Positions 17,872 through 27,991 of a stretch of 64,000 bases of DNA are shown here, one piece after another. The DNA is from Candidatus Woesearchaeota archaeon. Lineage in GTDB: Archaea > Nanobdellota > Nanobdellia > SCGC-AAA011-G17 > JACPNG01. How positions within the stretch are numbered: position 1 is the first letter of the stretch; each line of letters starts with the position of its first letter. A program made the position numbers and the translations under genes. Under the pieces are notes generated by a model. It did not search any database. It was given only the letters and a program-made list of their open reading frames with translations, and was not told the DNA's origin. Where the stretch lies: positions 33,622-97,621 of the forward strand of contig JACPNE010000005.1 of assembly GCA_016185615.1 (NCBI GenBank), in the 5' to 3' direction.

Positions 17872-18573
17872 TTATTTGCCTAAAATCTTGTCTATATGGT
17901 CATCCTTAATAGCTTCATAACCTATATCAACAGAGTATTTACATACCTCTTCACAGTTTTTTAGTAACTTTCTTGGATTATAATCAGATTTTTTAGCTAT
18001 TTTTTTTATCTGTTCATCTGTTAGTAGTCTATTGCCTATTCTCTTTCTTATTATTTTTATAACATCTTCATCTGACAAGTCTTTTAATTTTATTATATTC
18101 TCCCCTATCATCTCTTTTAATCCGTTGCCAAACTTTATTTTGCTATAATCAGAGCTTACTAAAACTATTGATTTAAAGTATTTCTGATAGCTATGTACTA
18201 TCTGTTCAGAATCTTCTGCTAACAAATCTTGCACTTCATCTAGTAAAAGAATCATATCATTTGGGGTACTCCCGAACAATTTTGAGATAAATCCAGGCCT
18301 TTCATCAATTAATTTTTGTATATCTAAATTATCTTCTGTCCTGTTACAGCTGTAATATATTAATTTTTTATTTCCACCAAACTCTTTTATTATTCTCTTT
18401 AATATTGTTGTTTTTCCTTTTCCATATTCTCCTTCTATAAAGAAGATTCTTCCATCTTTTACTTTTTTAACTATTTCATTAATGTTATAACCATACAGCT
18501 CATTATGATAAGCAGCTGGCTTTATACTAAATGGATTACCATTAAATCCCAATTCTTTATACCAGACTTCCAT
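17872..18573 (-). CDS. Minimal AAA+ (AAA_22 / ExeA-Cdc6-like) ATPase, paralogue 1
   Basis: N-terminal WYKELGF..NPF as in ExeA-type proteins. Walker A GEYGKGKTT and Walker B ILLLDEVQ. Lid with NPRKLL (sensor-2-like Arg). No winged helix. Confidence 0.6.
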   Translation of the reverse strand: MEVWYKELGFNGNPFSIKPAAYHNELYGYNINEIVKKVKDGRIFFIEGEYGKGKTTILKRIIKEFGGNKKLIYYSCNRTEDNLDIQKLIDERPGFISKLFGSTPNDMILLLDEVQDLLAEDSEQIVHSYQKYFKSIVLVSSDYSKIKFGNGLKEMIGENIIKLKDLSDEDVIKIIRKRIGNRLLTDEQIKKIAKKSDYNPRKLLKNCEEVCKYSVDIGYEAIKDDHIDKILGK

Positions 18574-18574
18574 T

Positions 18575-19516
18575 TTAATAGTATTTCTCAGCTACGTCCT
18601 GAGCTCCTCCCTCTGTTGCTATTGGATTAATCTCTTTCTTTGACTTTGTTTTTTGTTTCTTCTCTTTCTTTGGCTTTTGTTCTTTGTTTTCCTGTTTTTT
18701 CACAGGTTTCTTCTCCCCAACTAATTCTTTTTCTAATTTCTGCTTATATGTTTCCTTCTTTGAAGAAATTTTTAATAATTCCTCTGTATGTTGATGCTCA
18801 TTTTGTATTGGTTCAACAGCCTTTTTTACATTGAACAGTTTGTTTAAATGATCTTGTTTTACTATTCTGCTATAATTTTCTACAGCATATTTAGCGGTTT
18901 TTTCACAATTTTGTATAAAGACTTTTGGATTTTTGTTTGATATTGAGAATAATTCTTTAACAACATCTTTGGAAAATACCTCATTATTTCCTATTCTAAC
19001 CTCAACTATCTCTCTAGCCTCTTCATCTTTTAGTATAGGAAGCTTTTCAACCTTGCTTATTCTTTCTTTTAAACTAGGAGTAAAATAAACTGAATTATAA
19101 TCAATTCCTGCAAATACTACAGATCTTACATAGTTTTGATCAAAGAAATATTTTAGTCTTTCACAGTTTTTCTTTGATAGATTATTTATATTATCAATAA
19201 GTATTATCATCTCTTTCGGAGTTTTTGAGAATAATCTCTTAAAAAATCCATATCTTTTCATTATAACCCGTTCAATGTTTAAGTCATCTAATCTATTACA
19301 ATCTATATAAGCAACTTTTCCTTGTCCTTTATACTTTTCAATTGCTATTTTTAATAATGAAGTCTTGCCATGACCGTCTGGGGCTTCTATAAAAATCATA
19401 TTTCCAGACTCTAAAACATAGATCATACTGTCTATTACATCTTCATATCCTATTAACTCAGTTTGTTTGTCTAGAGAGAAAGGATTTGATTCAAGGTTAA
19501 GCTCTTTATACCACAT
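18575..19516 (-). CDS. Minimal AAA+ ATPase, paralogue 2, with degenerate Walker B and Lys-rich C-terminal tail
   Basis: WYKELNLESNPF. Walker A PDGHGKTS. Walker B position reads IILIDNIN, with no acidic pair. C-terminal KKPVKKQENKEQKPKKEKKQKTKSKK tail. Confidence 0.6.
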   Translation of the reverse strand: MWYKELNLESNPFSLDKQTELIGYEDVIDSMIYVLESGNMIFIEAPDGHGKTSLLKIAIEKYKGQGKVAYIDCNRLDDLNIERVIMKRYGFFKRLFSKTPKEMIILIDNINNLSKKNCERLKYFFDQNYVRSVVFAGIDYNSVYFTPSLKERISKVEKLPILKDEEAREIVEVRIGNNEVFSKDVVKELFSISNKNPKVFIQNCEKTAKYAVENYSRIVKQDHLNKLFNVKKAVEPIQNEHQHTEELLKISSKKETYKQKLEKELVGEKKPVKKQENKEQKPKKEKKQKTKSKKEINPIATEGGAQDVAEKYY

Positions 19517-19787
19517 TTTTCAATTCCTCTGCCCTTTTCCTATAGTGTTCGGCTTCTTCATAATAATTATTAGCTAATTCAGTATCACCCAAAAGATGAC
19601 ACTTCTCGCCTTTTTTATGCGATTTTAGGGCTAATTTATAGTATTTTTCAGGGCTTTTCCTGAATAAACTATAGATTGCTATTAAACCTATAACTATTAC
19701 TATCAATATAATCAAATTTTGCAAAAATGGCATTTTTATGAAGCTAAAACTGTTTTTATAAGCTTTTCTTTTATATAATCTATACAT
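19506..19787 (-). CDS. Small single-pass membrane protein
   Basis: One TM (LIILIVIVIGLIAIYSLF) followed by a charged helical tail. Overlaps the AAA+ gene start by 11 nt. Confidence 0.4.
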   Translation of the reverse strand: MYRLYKRKAYKNSFSFIKMPFLQNLIILIVIVIGLIAIYSLFRKSPEKYYKLALKSHKKGEKCHLLGDTELANNYYEEAEHYRKRAEELKNVV

Positions 19788-19834
19788 TATCTATAATCAA
19801 AAAAGATATAAATTATCTAAAGAGTTTAACTGTA

Positions 19835-21223
19835 ATGATAAAGATTGGATTAGAGTGCCATGTTCCTTTAAATAGGGTTAATACAAAGCTATTTTGTGGC
19901 TGTTCTTTATCTAGTGAAGATTCTGAGCCAAATACACATACTTGTGTTACTTGTCTGGGCCATCCAGGCTCTAAGCCAGTATTAAATAAAGAAGCAGTTA
20001 ATCATGCATTAAAATTAGCTTTGTCATTGAATTTTAAGATAAATAATGAGATATTTTTCTCAAGAAAAAATTATTTTTATCCTGATATGAACAAAAATTT
20101 TCAGATTACACAGTATGAGATTCCTCTCGGGGTTGATGGAGCATTGCAATTAGAGAATAAAAAAATAAGATTAAGAAGAATTCATTTGGAAGAAGATCCT
20201 GGATCATTGATACATCCGGAAGGAATGCAGAAATCTAGTTATGTTTTGGTTGATTATAACAGAGCAGGGATGCCTTTATGCGAGATTGTTACCGAAGCTG
20301 ATATTGAAAGTCCCGAAGAAGCTAGAGAGTTTCTAAAAAAATTAATCTCAATTATAGGATATCTGGGAATATATGATCAAAATAGAAATCCAATAAAAGT
20401 TGATGCCAATATATCAATTAAAGAGAAAGGGTATACAAAAGTAGAGATAAAAAATATTTCTGGATTTAAGGAAGTCGAGACTGCCTTGAATTATGAAGTT
20501 GAAAGACAAAAAAATTCCAAGAAAATAGAACAAGAAACAAGAGCCTGGGATTCAAATAAAGGAGTAACATTTTCTCTAAGGTTAAAAGAAGAAGATATTG
20601 ATTATGGATATATTTTCGAGAGTGATTTAGTAAAGACAGAATTTACTAAAGATTTTATAACTAAAATAAAAAAAGATATTCCAGAATTAGCGCATGAAAA
20701 GGTTAATAGATATCTAAAAGAGTTTAAGATTGATAAGAAAGACGCAGAAGTTTTATCCCAGGAATATAGATTAGCTGTCTTATTTGAGAAAGTGGCTGAA
20801 GAAATCAATCCAATATTGGCTGCTAGATGGTTGAGAAGGGAATTATTAAGAGTGTTAAACTATAACAAAAAAAATTTAGATGAATTAGAGATAGATGAAA
20901 AACATCTAATTGATTTATTGAGCTTAATAGAGAAGAAGCAGATAACAGAAACAAATGCCCAGAAAATTCTTGAAAAATTGATACAAAAGCCATTTGATGT
21001 CAAGGAATATGTTAAGAAAGAAGGTCTAAGAGTTATTGCAAAAGAAGATGAACTTGGAATTATTTGTGATAAGGTAATTAAAGAGAATCAGAAAGCTATT
21101 GAGGACTATAAAAAAGGAGAAGAAAAAGCATTAAACTTTGTAGTGGGCCAAGTAATGAGGTTGACAAAAGGACAAGCTAAGCCTGATGTTGTTAGAAAAA
21201 TAATACTTGAGAAAATAAGCTAA
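19835..21223 (+). CDS. gatB: Asp/Glu-tRNA amidotransferase subunit B
   Basis: IGLECHVPLN...KLFC, HLEEDPG, and a C-terminal YqeY-like domain (NFVVGQVMRLTKGQAKP). Confidence 0.9.
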   Translation: MIKIGLECHVPLNRVNTKLFCGCSLSSEDSEPNTHTCVTCLGHPGSKPVLNKEAVNHALKLALSLNFKINNEIFFSRKNYFYPDMNKNFQITQYEIPLGVDGALQLENKKIRLRRIHLEEDPGSLIHPEGMQKSSYVLVDYNRAGMPLCEIVTEADIESPEEAREFLKKLISIIGYLGIYDQNRNPIKVDANISIKEKGYTKVEIKNISGFKEVETALNYEVERQKNSKKIEQETRAWDSNKGVTFSLRLKEEDIDYGYIFESDLVKTEFTKDFITKIKKDIPELAHEKVNRYLKEFKIDKKDAEVLSQEYRLAVLFEKVAEEINPILAARWLRRELLRVLNYNKKNLDELEIDEKHLIDLLSLIEKKQITETNAQKILEKLIQKPFDVKEYVKKEGLRVIAKEDELGIICDKVIKENQKAIEDYKKGEEKALNFVVGQVMRLTKGQAKPDVVRKIILEKIS

Positions 21224-22416
21224 GGTTCTATTGTAACCAATGTATACTTGTCATTAAGATATTTTTTTGCTACCCTTATTATGTCTTTTTTTGTGACTTT
21301 CTTTATATTATTTACATATCTATAGATTAGATTATGATTCTTGATCATTTCCCAATCAACTAATCCAACAGCTTCTTTTCTATTGTCATCAATTTCCAAA
21401 AGAAAATTCCCTTCTAAATAAGTTTTTGCATCTTTAATGTCTTTATCTGTTATATTCTCTAATTTTTTTAGTTCTTTAACTATAATATCTTTAACTAATT
21501 TAATATTTTTTTTATCCATCCCCACATACACAGCAAAGTAGCCATAGCCTAATGAGGCATCATGGTTTATTCCCACAGCATAAGCCAATCCCCTTTTGGT
21601 TCTTATCTCATCAAATAATTTCCCAGATTGACCCCTTCCAAGAATTGCTCTTATCACTTCAAGTACATAAAAATCATTATCTGTTCTTTTTGATGTTTTA
21701 TAACCTAAGACAAGATATGAATGTAGTATCTTTCTTCTTTCTGTTGCTGTTTTACTTTTATTTGTTAATTCTTCGATTATTATTTTTTCTGGGAGCTTAT
21801 TATTCTTGAATTTTCTAAATGCTTTTTCAACTTTATTTACTGGATTTTTTATGTTCCCAACAATGCTAAATATTAAATTGCTTGGCTGATAGTATTTGTT
21901 ATAATATTTTAGAATATCATCCCTTGTTATAGATTTCATGGATTCAGGGGATCCATATATAGGGTTTCTTATTGGATGTTTTTCATATAAATTCTTTAAG
22001 AATAAAATCCATTGGTATGATTTTGGATCATCTGTATGGAGGTTAATCTCTTCCAAAATAACTTTTCTTTCTTTTTCTATTATTTTTTCATCAAATCTTG
22101 GGTTTTGAATCATATCTGATAGAATCTCAAGAGCAACGTCAAAATGTTTTTTTGGAATTGAGATAAAATAAACAGTTTCCTCATGAGAGGTAAAGGCATT
22201 TATATCCCCACCAAGGCTTTCAATGGCATTTGTTATCTGTTGGGAGGTTCTTTTTTGGGTTCCTTCAAAAAGTAAATGTTCTATAAAATGAGAAATCCCT
22301 TCTTTGCCCTTTATTTCATAGTTTGAGCCAGTTTTTGCTAATATTGCTAATGTAACTGAATTATTGTTCTTTTTCTTGAAAATTACTGTTAGTCCATTAC
22401 TTAATCTCTTCTTCAT
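21220..22416 (-). CDS. M16 (pitrilysin-family) zinc peptidase
   Basis: HFIEHLLFEG is the inverted HxxEH zinc motif. Confidence 0.8.
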   Translation of the reverse strand: MKKRLSNGLTVIFKKKNNNSVTLAILAKTGSNYEIKGKEGISHFIEHLLFEGTQKRTSQQITNAIESLGGDINAFTSHEETVYFISIPKKHFDVALEILSDMIQNPRFDEKIIEKERKVILEEINLHTDDPKSYQWILFLKNLYEKHPIRNPIYGSPESMKSITRDDILKYYNKYYQPSNLIFSIVGNIKNPVNKVEKAFRKFKNNKLPEKIIIEELTNKSKTATERRKILHSYLVLGYKTSKRTDNDFYVLEVIRAILGRGQSGKLFDEIRTKRGLAYAVGINHDASLGYGYFAVYVGMDKKNIKLVKDIIVKELKKLENITDKDIKDAKTYLEGNFLLEIDDNRKEAVGLVDWEMIKNHNLIYRYVNNIKKVTKKDIIRVAKKYLNDKYTLVTIEP

Positions 22417-22457
22417 ATTGAGAAAAGGCTTATATATTTTATAAGCATTTCTGAAGT

Positions 22458-23492
22458 ATGAGGATAAATGAATTTAAAGAATATCTAAATAGTAATGACA
22501 TAGATTATGCATTGTTTTCTTCAAATAATATTGATAATTTAGATTATAATTTTCTTTATTTTAGCAGTTTTGATACCGGAATTTTATTAATTGATAAGAA
22601 TAATGCTAAATTGTTTGTTTCAGAGATGGAATATCCAAGGGCTATAAAGGAATCAAGAATAAAAAATATAATACCTGTAAAAAATAGTGTATTTGAGCAT
22701 ATATCAAAGATAAAAGCCAAAAAAGTTGGATTGAACTATGACAAAATTTCATTAAAATCCAAATCAAACATATCAAAATACATAAAGAAGGTTAAATTTG
22801 TAGATATCTCAAATGAATGTGATGAATTAAGATCAATAAAAACAAAAGATGAAATTAATTATATAAAAAAAGCATGTAATTATACAGATAAAATTTATGA
22901 TAATATACTTTCAAACTTTAACTTTAAAACTGAATTAGAATTGTATAATTATATTTTATCTTTAATTCGTGATTATGGGTTAAATGAAAGTTTTAGCCCA
23001 ATAGTTGCAAACGCTAAAAATAGCGGAATAGCACATAGTAATGCTTCAAAAAATAAATTAAGGAAAGGATTCTTAGTTCTCGATTTTGGCGTTAAATACA
23101 AAAACTACTGTTCTGATTTAACAAGAACAGTTTATATCGGAAAGCCATCAAAAAAAGAGATTGATGATTATAATTTAGTATTGGATTCACAACTTAAAGC
23201 AATCGATATGCTAGAATGTGATAAAAATGTTAGTGAAATTGATAATTTTATCAGAAAGAAATTAGGCAAAAGATTTATTCATTCATCAGGGCATGGGATT
23301 GGATTAAGGATACATGAATCTCCATCAATATCGTTTAAATCCAAGGAAATATTTAAAGAGAATATGATATTTACAATTGAACCAGGGGTTTATTTCAATA
23401 AATATGGAATAAGGATAGAGGATGATCTTTTATTAAGAAAGGATAAGATAGAAATACTAACAAAATCTAATAAGGAGTTAAATGGTATATAA
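22458..23492 (+). CDS. M24-family Xaa-Pro aminopeptidase/dipeptidase
   Basis: Pita-bread fold motifs DFG..Y..YCSD.TRT and HSSGHGIGLRIHESP...TIEPG. Confidence 0.75.
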   Translation: MRINEFKEYLNSNDIDYALFSSNNIDNLDYNFLYFSSFDTGILLIDKNNAKLFVSEMEYPRAIKESRIKNIIPVKNSVFEHISKIKAKKVGLNYDKISLKSKSNISKYIKKVKFVDISNECDELRSIKTKDEINYIKKACNYTDKIYDNILSNFNFKTELELYNYILSLIRDYGLNESFSPIVANAKNSGIAHSNASKNKLRKGFLVLDFGVKYKNYCSDLTRTVYIGKPSKKEIDDYNLVLDSQLKAIDMLECDKNVSEIDNFIRKKLGKRFIHSSGHGIGLRIHESPSISFKSKEIFKENMIFTIEPGVYFNKYGIRIEDDLLLRKDKIEILTKSNKELNGI

Positions 23493-24420
23493 AAAAATTA
23501 GAACTTACAGAAGGGGATATCTCGATGTAGGTGATGGCCATAAACTTTATTATGACTTGAGTGGGAATCCAAAAGGTAAGCCTGTTTTATTTTTGCATGG
23601 TGGTCCAGGTGGCGGTTCCAGCAGCAAAGACAAGAGATTCTTTAATCCTAAAATATTCAATATAATAATATTTGATCAAAGGGGCTCTGGAGAAAGTAAA
23701 CCATCCGCTTCTATAGAAAATAATACAACATTTAAACTAGTGGGGGATATTAAGAAATTATTGGACTTTCTTGGGATAAAAAAAATAATCTTATTTGGGG
23801 GAAGTTGGGGCTCTACTCTAGCTTTAGTCTATGCTATAAATTATCCTGAAACTGTTAAGGCAATGGTCATTAGGGGAATATTCCTAGGAACAGAAGAAGA
23901 CGAAGATTATTTCATTAATCAAGCCAGATATATGTATCCAGAGGTATGGGAAGAGATGGCAAGTTTAGTGCCTAAAAATAAAAGAAATAATATTGAGGGA
24001 TATTATTTTAGTAAAGCAACTTCAAATAATAAGAAAACAAGAAATAAATTCTTGTTTAATTGGGCTAAATATGAATTTTCCATATCAAAATTGGAATATT
24101 CAAAGGATAAAGTTATTAATGTGATGAAGGATATAAGGATTCCAGCTTTTTCATTAATAGAGCTATACTATCTTGTCAATCATTGTTTTTTACCAAAAAA
24201 TTATATTATGAACAATCTTCATAAAATAGAAAATATTCCTGTATCAATAGTGCATGGAAGATATGATTGTGTATGCATTCCTTCAGATGCTTATAAGCTA
24301 CATAAAGCATTGAAGAAATCTAGATTATACTTTACATTTGGAGGGCATAGTGCTTCTGATAAAGATACAGAATATCGATTAGTAAAAGAGATGGATAGGT
24401 TTGGAAAACTTAAGTTATAA
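23482..24420 (+). CDS. pip: Proline iminopeptidase (S33, alpha/beta hydrolase)
   Basis: GKPVLFLHGGPGGG, nucleophile elbow GGSWGS, typical length. Confidence 0.8.
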   Translation: MVYKKIRTYRRGYLDVGDGHKLYYDLSGNPKGKPVLFLHGGPGGGSSSKDKRFFNPKIFNIIIFDQRGSGESKPSASIENNTTFKLVGDIKKLLDFLGIKKIILFGGSWGSTLALVYAINYPETVKAMVIRGIFLGTEEDEDYFINQARYMYPEVWEEMASLVPKNKRNNIEGYYFSKATSNNKKTRNKFLFNWAKYEFSISKLEYSKDKVINVMKDIRIPAFSLIELYYLVNHCFLPKNYIMNNLHKIENIPVSIVHGRYDCVCIPSDAYKLHKALKKSRLYFTFGGHSASDKDTEYRLVKEMDRFGKLKL

Positions 24421-25476
24421 CCATCTTCCGTCTTTTGACACTAATTTTCCATCCAAATAAATCTTTCCGCCATTCCTTAAATCCTTGATCATATCCCAAT
24501 GTAATCCGGATTTGTTTATTCCATTGCATTCTTCATAAGCTGAACCTAATGCCAAATGTATTGTTCCACCAATTTTTTCATCAAATAAAATTTGTTTTAT
24601 ATTTCTTTTAATATTATAATTCAATCCAATTCCAAATTCACCTAATCTTTTTGAGCCTTTATCCATACTTATCAATGATCTCAACAAATTTTCATTTTTC
24701 TTGGCAGTGGCTTTAACAATCTCTCCATTCTTGAATTCCAATCTCATTCCATCAACCTCTCTTCCAATGTATATTGAGGGAAATGAGAATTGGATATAAC
24801 CTTCAGCAGAATCATCGACAGGAGCTGTAAAAATTTCTCCGTCTGGCATATTATGCGTTCCATCTGCTGAGATAAATTTTCTTCCTTTAATGCTAAAACT
24901 TAAATCAGTATCGTCATGGACTATCCTAACTTCATTGCCTTTTGACATTATCTTATGAACCCTTTCCATTTTTTTTGATTCTTTTTTCCAGTCTAAGTTT
25001 GTAGCGTTATAAACAAAATCCTCAAATTCCTCTAGCGACATGTCTGCTTCCTGGGCTAATGCATCAGTGGGGAATTCATAAAGAACCCATCTTTTCTTCA
25101 GTCTTTCATATTTTAATGGCTCTAATATCTTTTGTCTCATTGATATCTTTTTTGGATCAATACTTGTCAATTCTCTTGTATTATTTGAACCAAATATATT
25201 TATGAAAACATTAGCTTTCTTTGTTTCTTCCATGGATAATTCTGGGAATTTTTTCAACTGAAATTCAGAAGCAAATTTATAATAATTGTAACCCATTCCC
25301 GGAACAGAAACATGTGATATTGGAAAAGCGCCGTTCTTTACAACTAATTTGTAAACCTCCATCATTAATGGAATTGATCCTAACTCAGAATTTATTACAA
25401 CATACTCTCCTTTTTTTACTTTTGTTGAATAATTTACAAGAATATCTGCTGCCTTCTTTACTCTTGGGTCGACCAT
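24415..25476 (-). CDS. M29 aminopeptidase (AmpS/aminopeptidase T family)
   Basis: N-terminal KAADILVNYSTKVKKGEYV and C-terminal GLHWDMI are typical of the thermophilic metalloprotease M29 family. Confidence 0.8.
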   Translation of the reverse strand: MVDPRVKKAADILVNYSTKVKKGEYVVINSELGSIPLMMEVYKLVVKNGAFPISHVSVPGMGYNYYKFASEFQLKKFPELSMEETKKANVFINIFGSNNTRELTSIDPKKISMRQKILEPLKYERLKKRWVLYEFPTDALAQEADMSLEEFEDFVYNATNLDWKKESKKMERVHKIMSKGNEVRIVHDDTDLSFSIKGRKFISADGTHNMPDGEIFTAPVDDSAEGYIQFSFPSIYIGREVDGMRLEFKNGEIVKATAKKNENLLRSLISMDKGSKRLGEFGIGLNYNIKRNIKQILFDEKIGGTIHLALGSAYEECNGINKSGLHWDMIKDLRNGGKIYLDGKLVSKDGRWL

Positions 25477-25521
25477 TTTTGTTGATATTGATATAAGAAA
25501 TATATAAAGTTATTGCAAAAT

Positions 25522-26574
25522 TTATACACCTATTTTTGGGGGGTCTTTCAATAACTCAACAATTAGTTTAATAGCATTATCAATATCATCTATATGGGCT
25601 ATTCCGACTGTTGAATGGATATTTCTTATTGGAATTGATATTGCTGTAGAAGCAATTCCTTTTCTAGAAAGCATCATACTAGTTGCATCTGTAGTTCCGA
25701 ATTCTGAGACTTCCAATTGATATGGAATCTTTTTTTTCTTTGCTATACTCTTTAATTTATTGTCTATATCTGGGTTGGACAACATCTCTGCATCCTTTAC
25801 TGTTATTGAAGGACCTGCTCCGATTATATTCTCGCCTTTAATATCTGAGTCATGAGAATCAGTAACATCAATTGCAACCCCCCATATTGGATTTATTTGA
25901 TATACTGATGTCTTTGCCCCATATAGTCCCATCTCCTCTTGTACAGTAAATACTAGATAAAGGTCAACTTTTGGAGATTTTATTTTTTTGGCTATCTCAG
26001 CTAAAATATAACAGCCAACTCGATCGTCTAAGGCTTTTCCAGTAAATATTTTTTTATTTCCTAAATATTTGAAGGAATGGCTTGGAATAACATAACATCC
26101 AATTTCTATTCCTAATTTCTTGGATTCTTTTTTGCCTAAGCCAGTATCAATATATAAATCATCCATTTTTATCTGCTTGTCTTTCTCTATCTCTAATCCT
26201 TCATGTAGTTCTGGAAAAGAAACAATGCCATTGCATATGAACTTTCCAGCTGGAGAAAATATAAAGACATTCTGTCCTAGCAATGTTAAACTTTCTATTC
26301 CCCCTACAGGAGACAACCTTAGAAATCCATTTTCCTCTATTTTCTTAATCATTAATGCAATCTCATCCATGTGGGCTGCTAACATAACTTTTTGGCCTTT
26401 GCCTTTTTTATGTGCTATTAGATTTCCGAAGCCATCAACCCACATCTTATCTACATAAGGCTTAATGTCTTTCATTATTATATTTCTAACAGCAACCTCA
26501 TTTCCACTTGGCCCGAATGCATTGATTAATCTTTGTAGCAATTCCATCTTTTTTAGCTTAAAATCTCTCCACAA
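25522..26574 (-). CDS. M42 (TET/FrvX-type) aminopeptidase
   Basis: LLQRLINAFGPSGNE, AHMDEI, DDRVGC and QEEMGLYGA motifs. The real start is probably the internal MELLQRL. Confidence 0.8.
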   Translation of the reverse strand: MWRDFKLKKMELLQRLINAFGPSGNEVAVRNIIMKDIKPYVDKMWVDGFGNLIAHKKGKGQKVMLAAHMDEIALMIKKIEENGFLRLSPVGGIESLTLLGQNVFIFSPAGKFICNGIVSFPELHEGLEIEKDKQIKMDDLYIDTGLGKKESKKLGIEIGCYVIPSHSFKYLGNKKIFTGKALDDRVGCYILAEIAKKIKSPKVDLYLVFTVQEEMGLYGAKTSVYQINPIWGVAIDVTDSHDSDIKGENIIGAGPSITVKDAEMLSNPDIDNKLKSIAKKKKIPYQLEVSEFGTTDATSMMLSRKGIASTAISIPIRNIHSTVGIAHIDDIDNAIKLIVELLKDPPKIGV

Positions 26575-27830
26575 TTCATATAATTACATATCATTCCTTG
26601 ATGTTTAAATAGTTTATTGGAACATCTTTTTATTGAAGAATCTAATATATCAATTGCTTGATCTATTTCCGTTTTCGAAATGATATATGGGGGAATTAAT
26701 CTTACTCCGTTATGTCCACACCCCAATACAACTAACCCATTTTTAAGGCATTCAATTATTAAATTGTCCCTTATTTCTTTATTTTCTAAATCGAAAGCCT
26801 GCATTAAACCAATACCCCTTTGATTTTTTACATCTAATTCATTTAATCTTTTTCTTAGATAAATTCCTGTATTTTTTATATTAATTAATAATTTTTTTCT
26901 TTTAATTATTTTTATTGTCTCTAATCCTAAAGCCAAATCTAAAATATGGCCTCCGCCCCATGTTGAAGAGATTGCTCCGGGTTCTGAAATAAAAGATTTA
27001 TTTGCTATTGTTGCACCAACTTGTAATGCTTTTGCTGCACTAATTATATCTGGATTAATATTGAAGTTTTGGATAGCCCACCATTTTCCGGTTCTTCCCA
27101 TTCCAGATTGTACTTCATCAGAAATTAATGGGATATTATATTGTTTTGTTACTTTTCTTATATCTGCTAACATATTTTTGGAAGCAACATTATAACCCCC
27201 TTCCCCTTGTATTGGTTCTATAATTAAGAATCCGATTGATTCAGAATCCTCTTTTTTAATTATTTTTAATAGCTCTTCTTTTGCTCCCTCATTAAAATGT
27301 AATATTTTATGTGGAATCCTTAAATAATTTTTATTGTAAACTGGCTTTGAATTTGTTAATGATAATGCTCCCAGAGTCCTTCCATGAAAACTTCCTTTGA
27401 AAGATATTCCAAATTTTGTTTTAGGACGTTTTCTCATACAAATTTTTATTGAGTTTTCAACAGCCTCTGCTCCTGAATTGATTAAGAAAGCTGAGTTTAA
27501 TGTTTTTGGAGTGATAGTTAATAATTCTTCAAGTAAATCTTTATGCTCTTTTACTACAAAATCCTGTCCAGCATATTTTATTGGTTGTATATTGGAATAT
27601 TTTTTAATTATTTTTTTTAGATCTTGATTATTATAACCAAGAGGATTTGATGCTATTTGGGAAGCAAAATCTAGAAACAAATTATTGTCTATGTCATAAA
27701 AATAACATCCTTGACCCCTATCAGAATGAACAAATGGATATACTGCTGAATTGCCTAAATTTAATTTTTTTAGTTTATCAAGTATTTTTTGAGATTTAGG
27801 GCCAGGTATCTTCTTAACGTTTGGTTTCAT
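26553..27830 (-). CDS. Class III PLP-dependent aminotransferase (GABA/ornithine/putrescine-type)
   Basis: SGAEAVENSIK, DEVQSGMGRTGKWW, and the PLP Lys context (AAKAL). Confidence 0.8.
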   Translation of the reverse strand: MKPNVKKIPGPKSQKILDKLKKLNLGNSAVYPFVHSDRGQGCYFYDIDNNLFLDFASQIASNPLGYNNQDLKKIIKKYSNIQPIKYAGQDFVVKEHKDLLEELLTITPKTLNSAFLINSGAEAVENSIKICMRKRPKTKFGISFKGSFHGRTLGALSLTNSKPVYNKNYLRIPHKILHFNEGAKEELLKIIKKEDSESIGFLIIEPIQGEGGYNVASKNMLADIRKVTKQYNIPLISDEVQSGMGRTGKWWAIQNFNINPDIISAAKALQVGATIANKSFISEPGAISSTWGGGHILDLALGLETIKIIKRKKLLINIKNTGIYLRKRLNELDVKNQRGIGLMQAFDLENKEIRDNLIIECLKNGLVVLGCGHNGVRLIPPYIISKTEIDQAIDILDSSIKRCSNKLFKHQGMICNYMNCGEILS

Positions 27831-27836
27831 ACTTGA

Positions 27837-27953
27837 TTATCCTTTTATTTCTGTGACTCTAAACTTTCCACCTTTCTTGTAAACCCTATTCTTTCTCTTT
27901 AATCTCTTCTCTTTCTTTGATTTTCTTTGATGTCCTTCATAATAGTCTGACAT
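27837..27953 (-). CDS. Possible 38-aa highly basic small protein
   Basis: My own translation gives MSDYYEGHQRKSKKEKRLKRKNRVYKKGGKFRVTEIKG. Lies in the 160-nt gap between the ALDH and aminotransferase genes on the same strand. No homologue recognised. Confidence 0.25.
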   Translation of the reverse strand: MSDYYEGHQRKSKKEKRLKRKNRVYKKGGKFRVTEIKG

Positions 27954-27991
27954 TTTTTACTATTATCTTTTATAATTTTTAAATATTGTCC

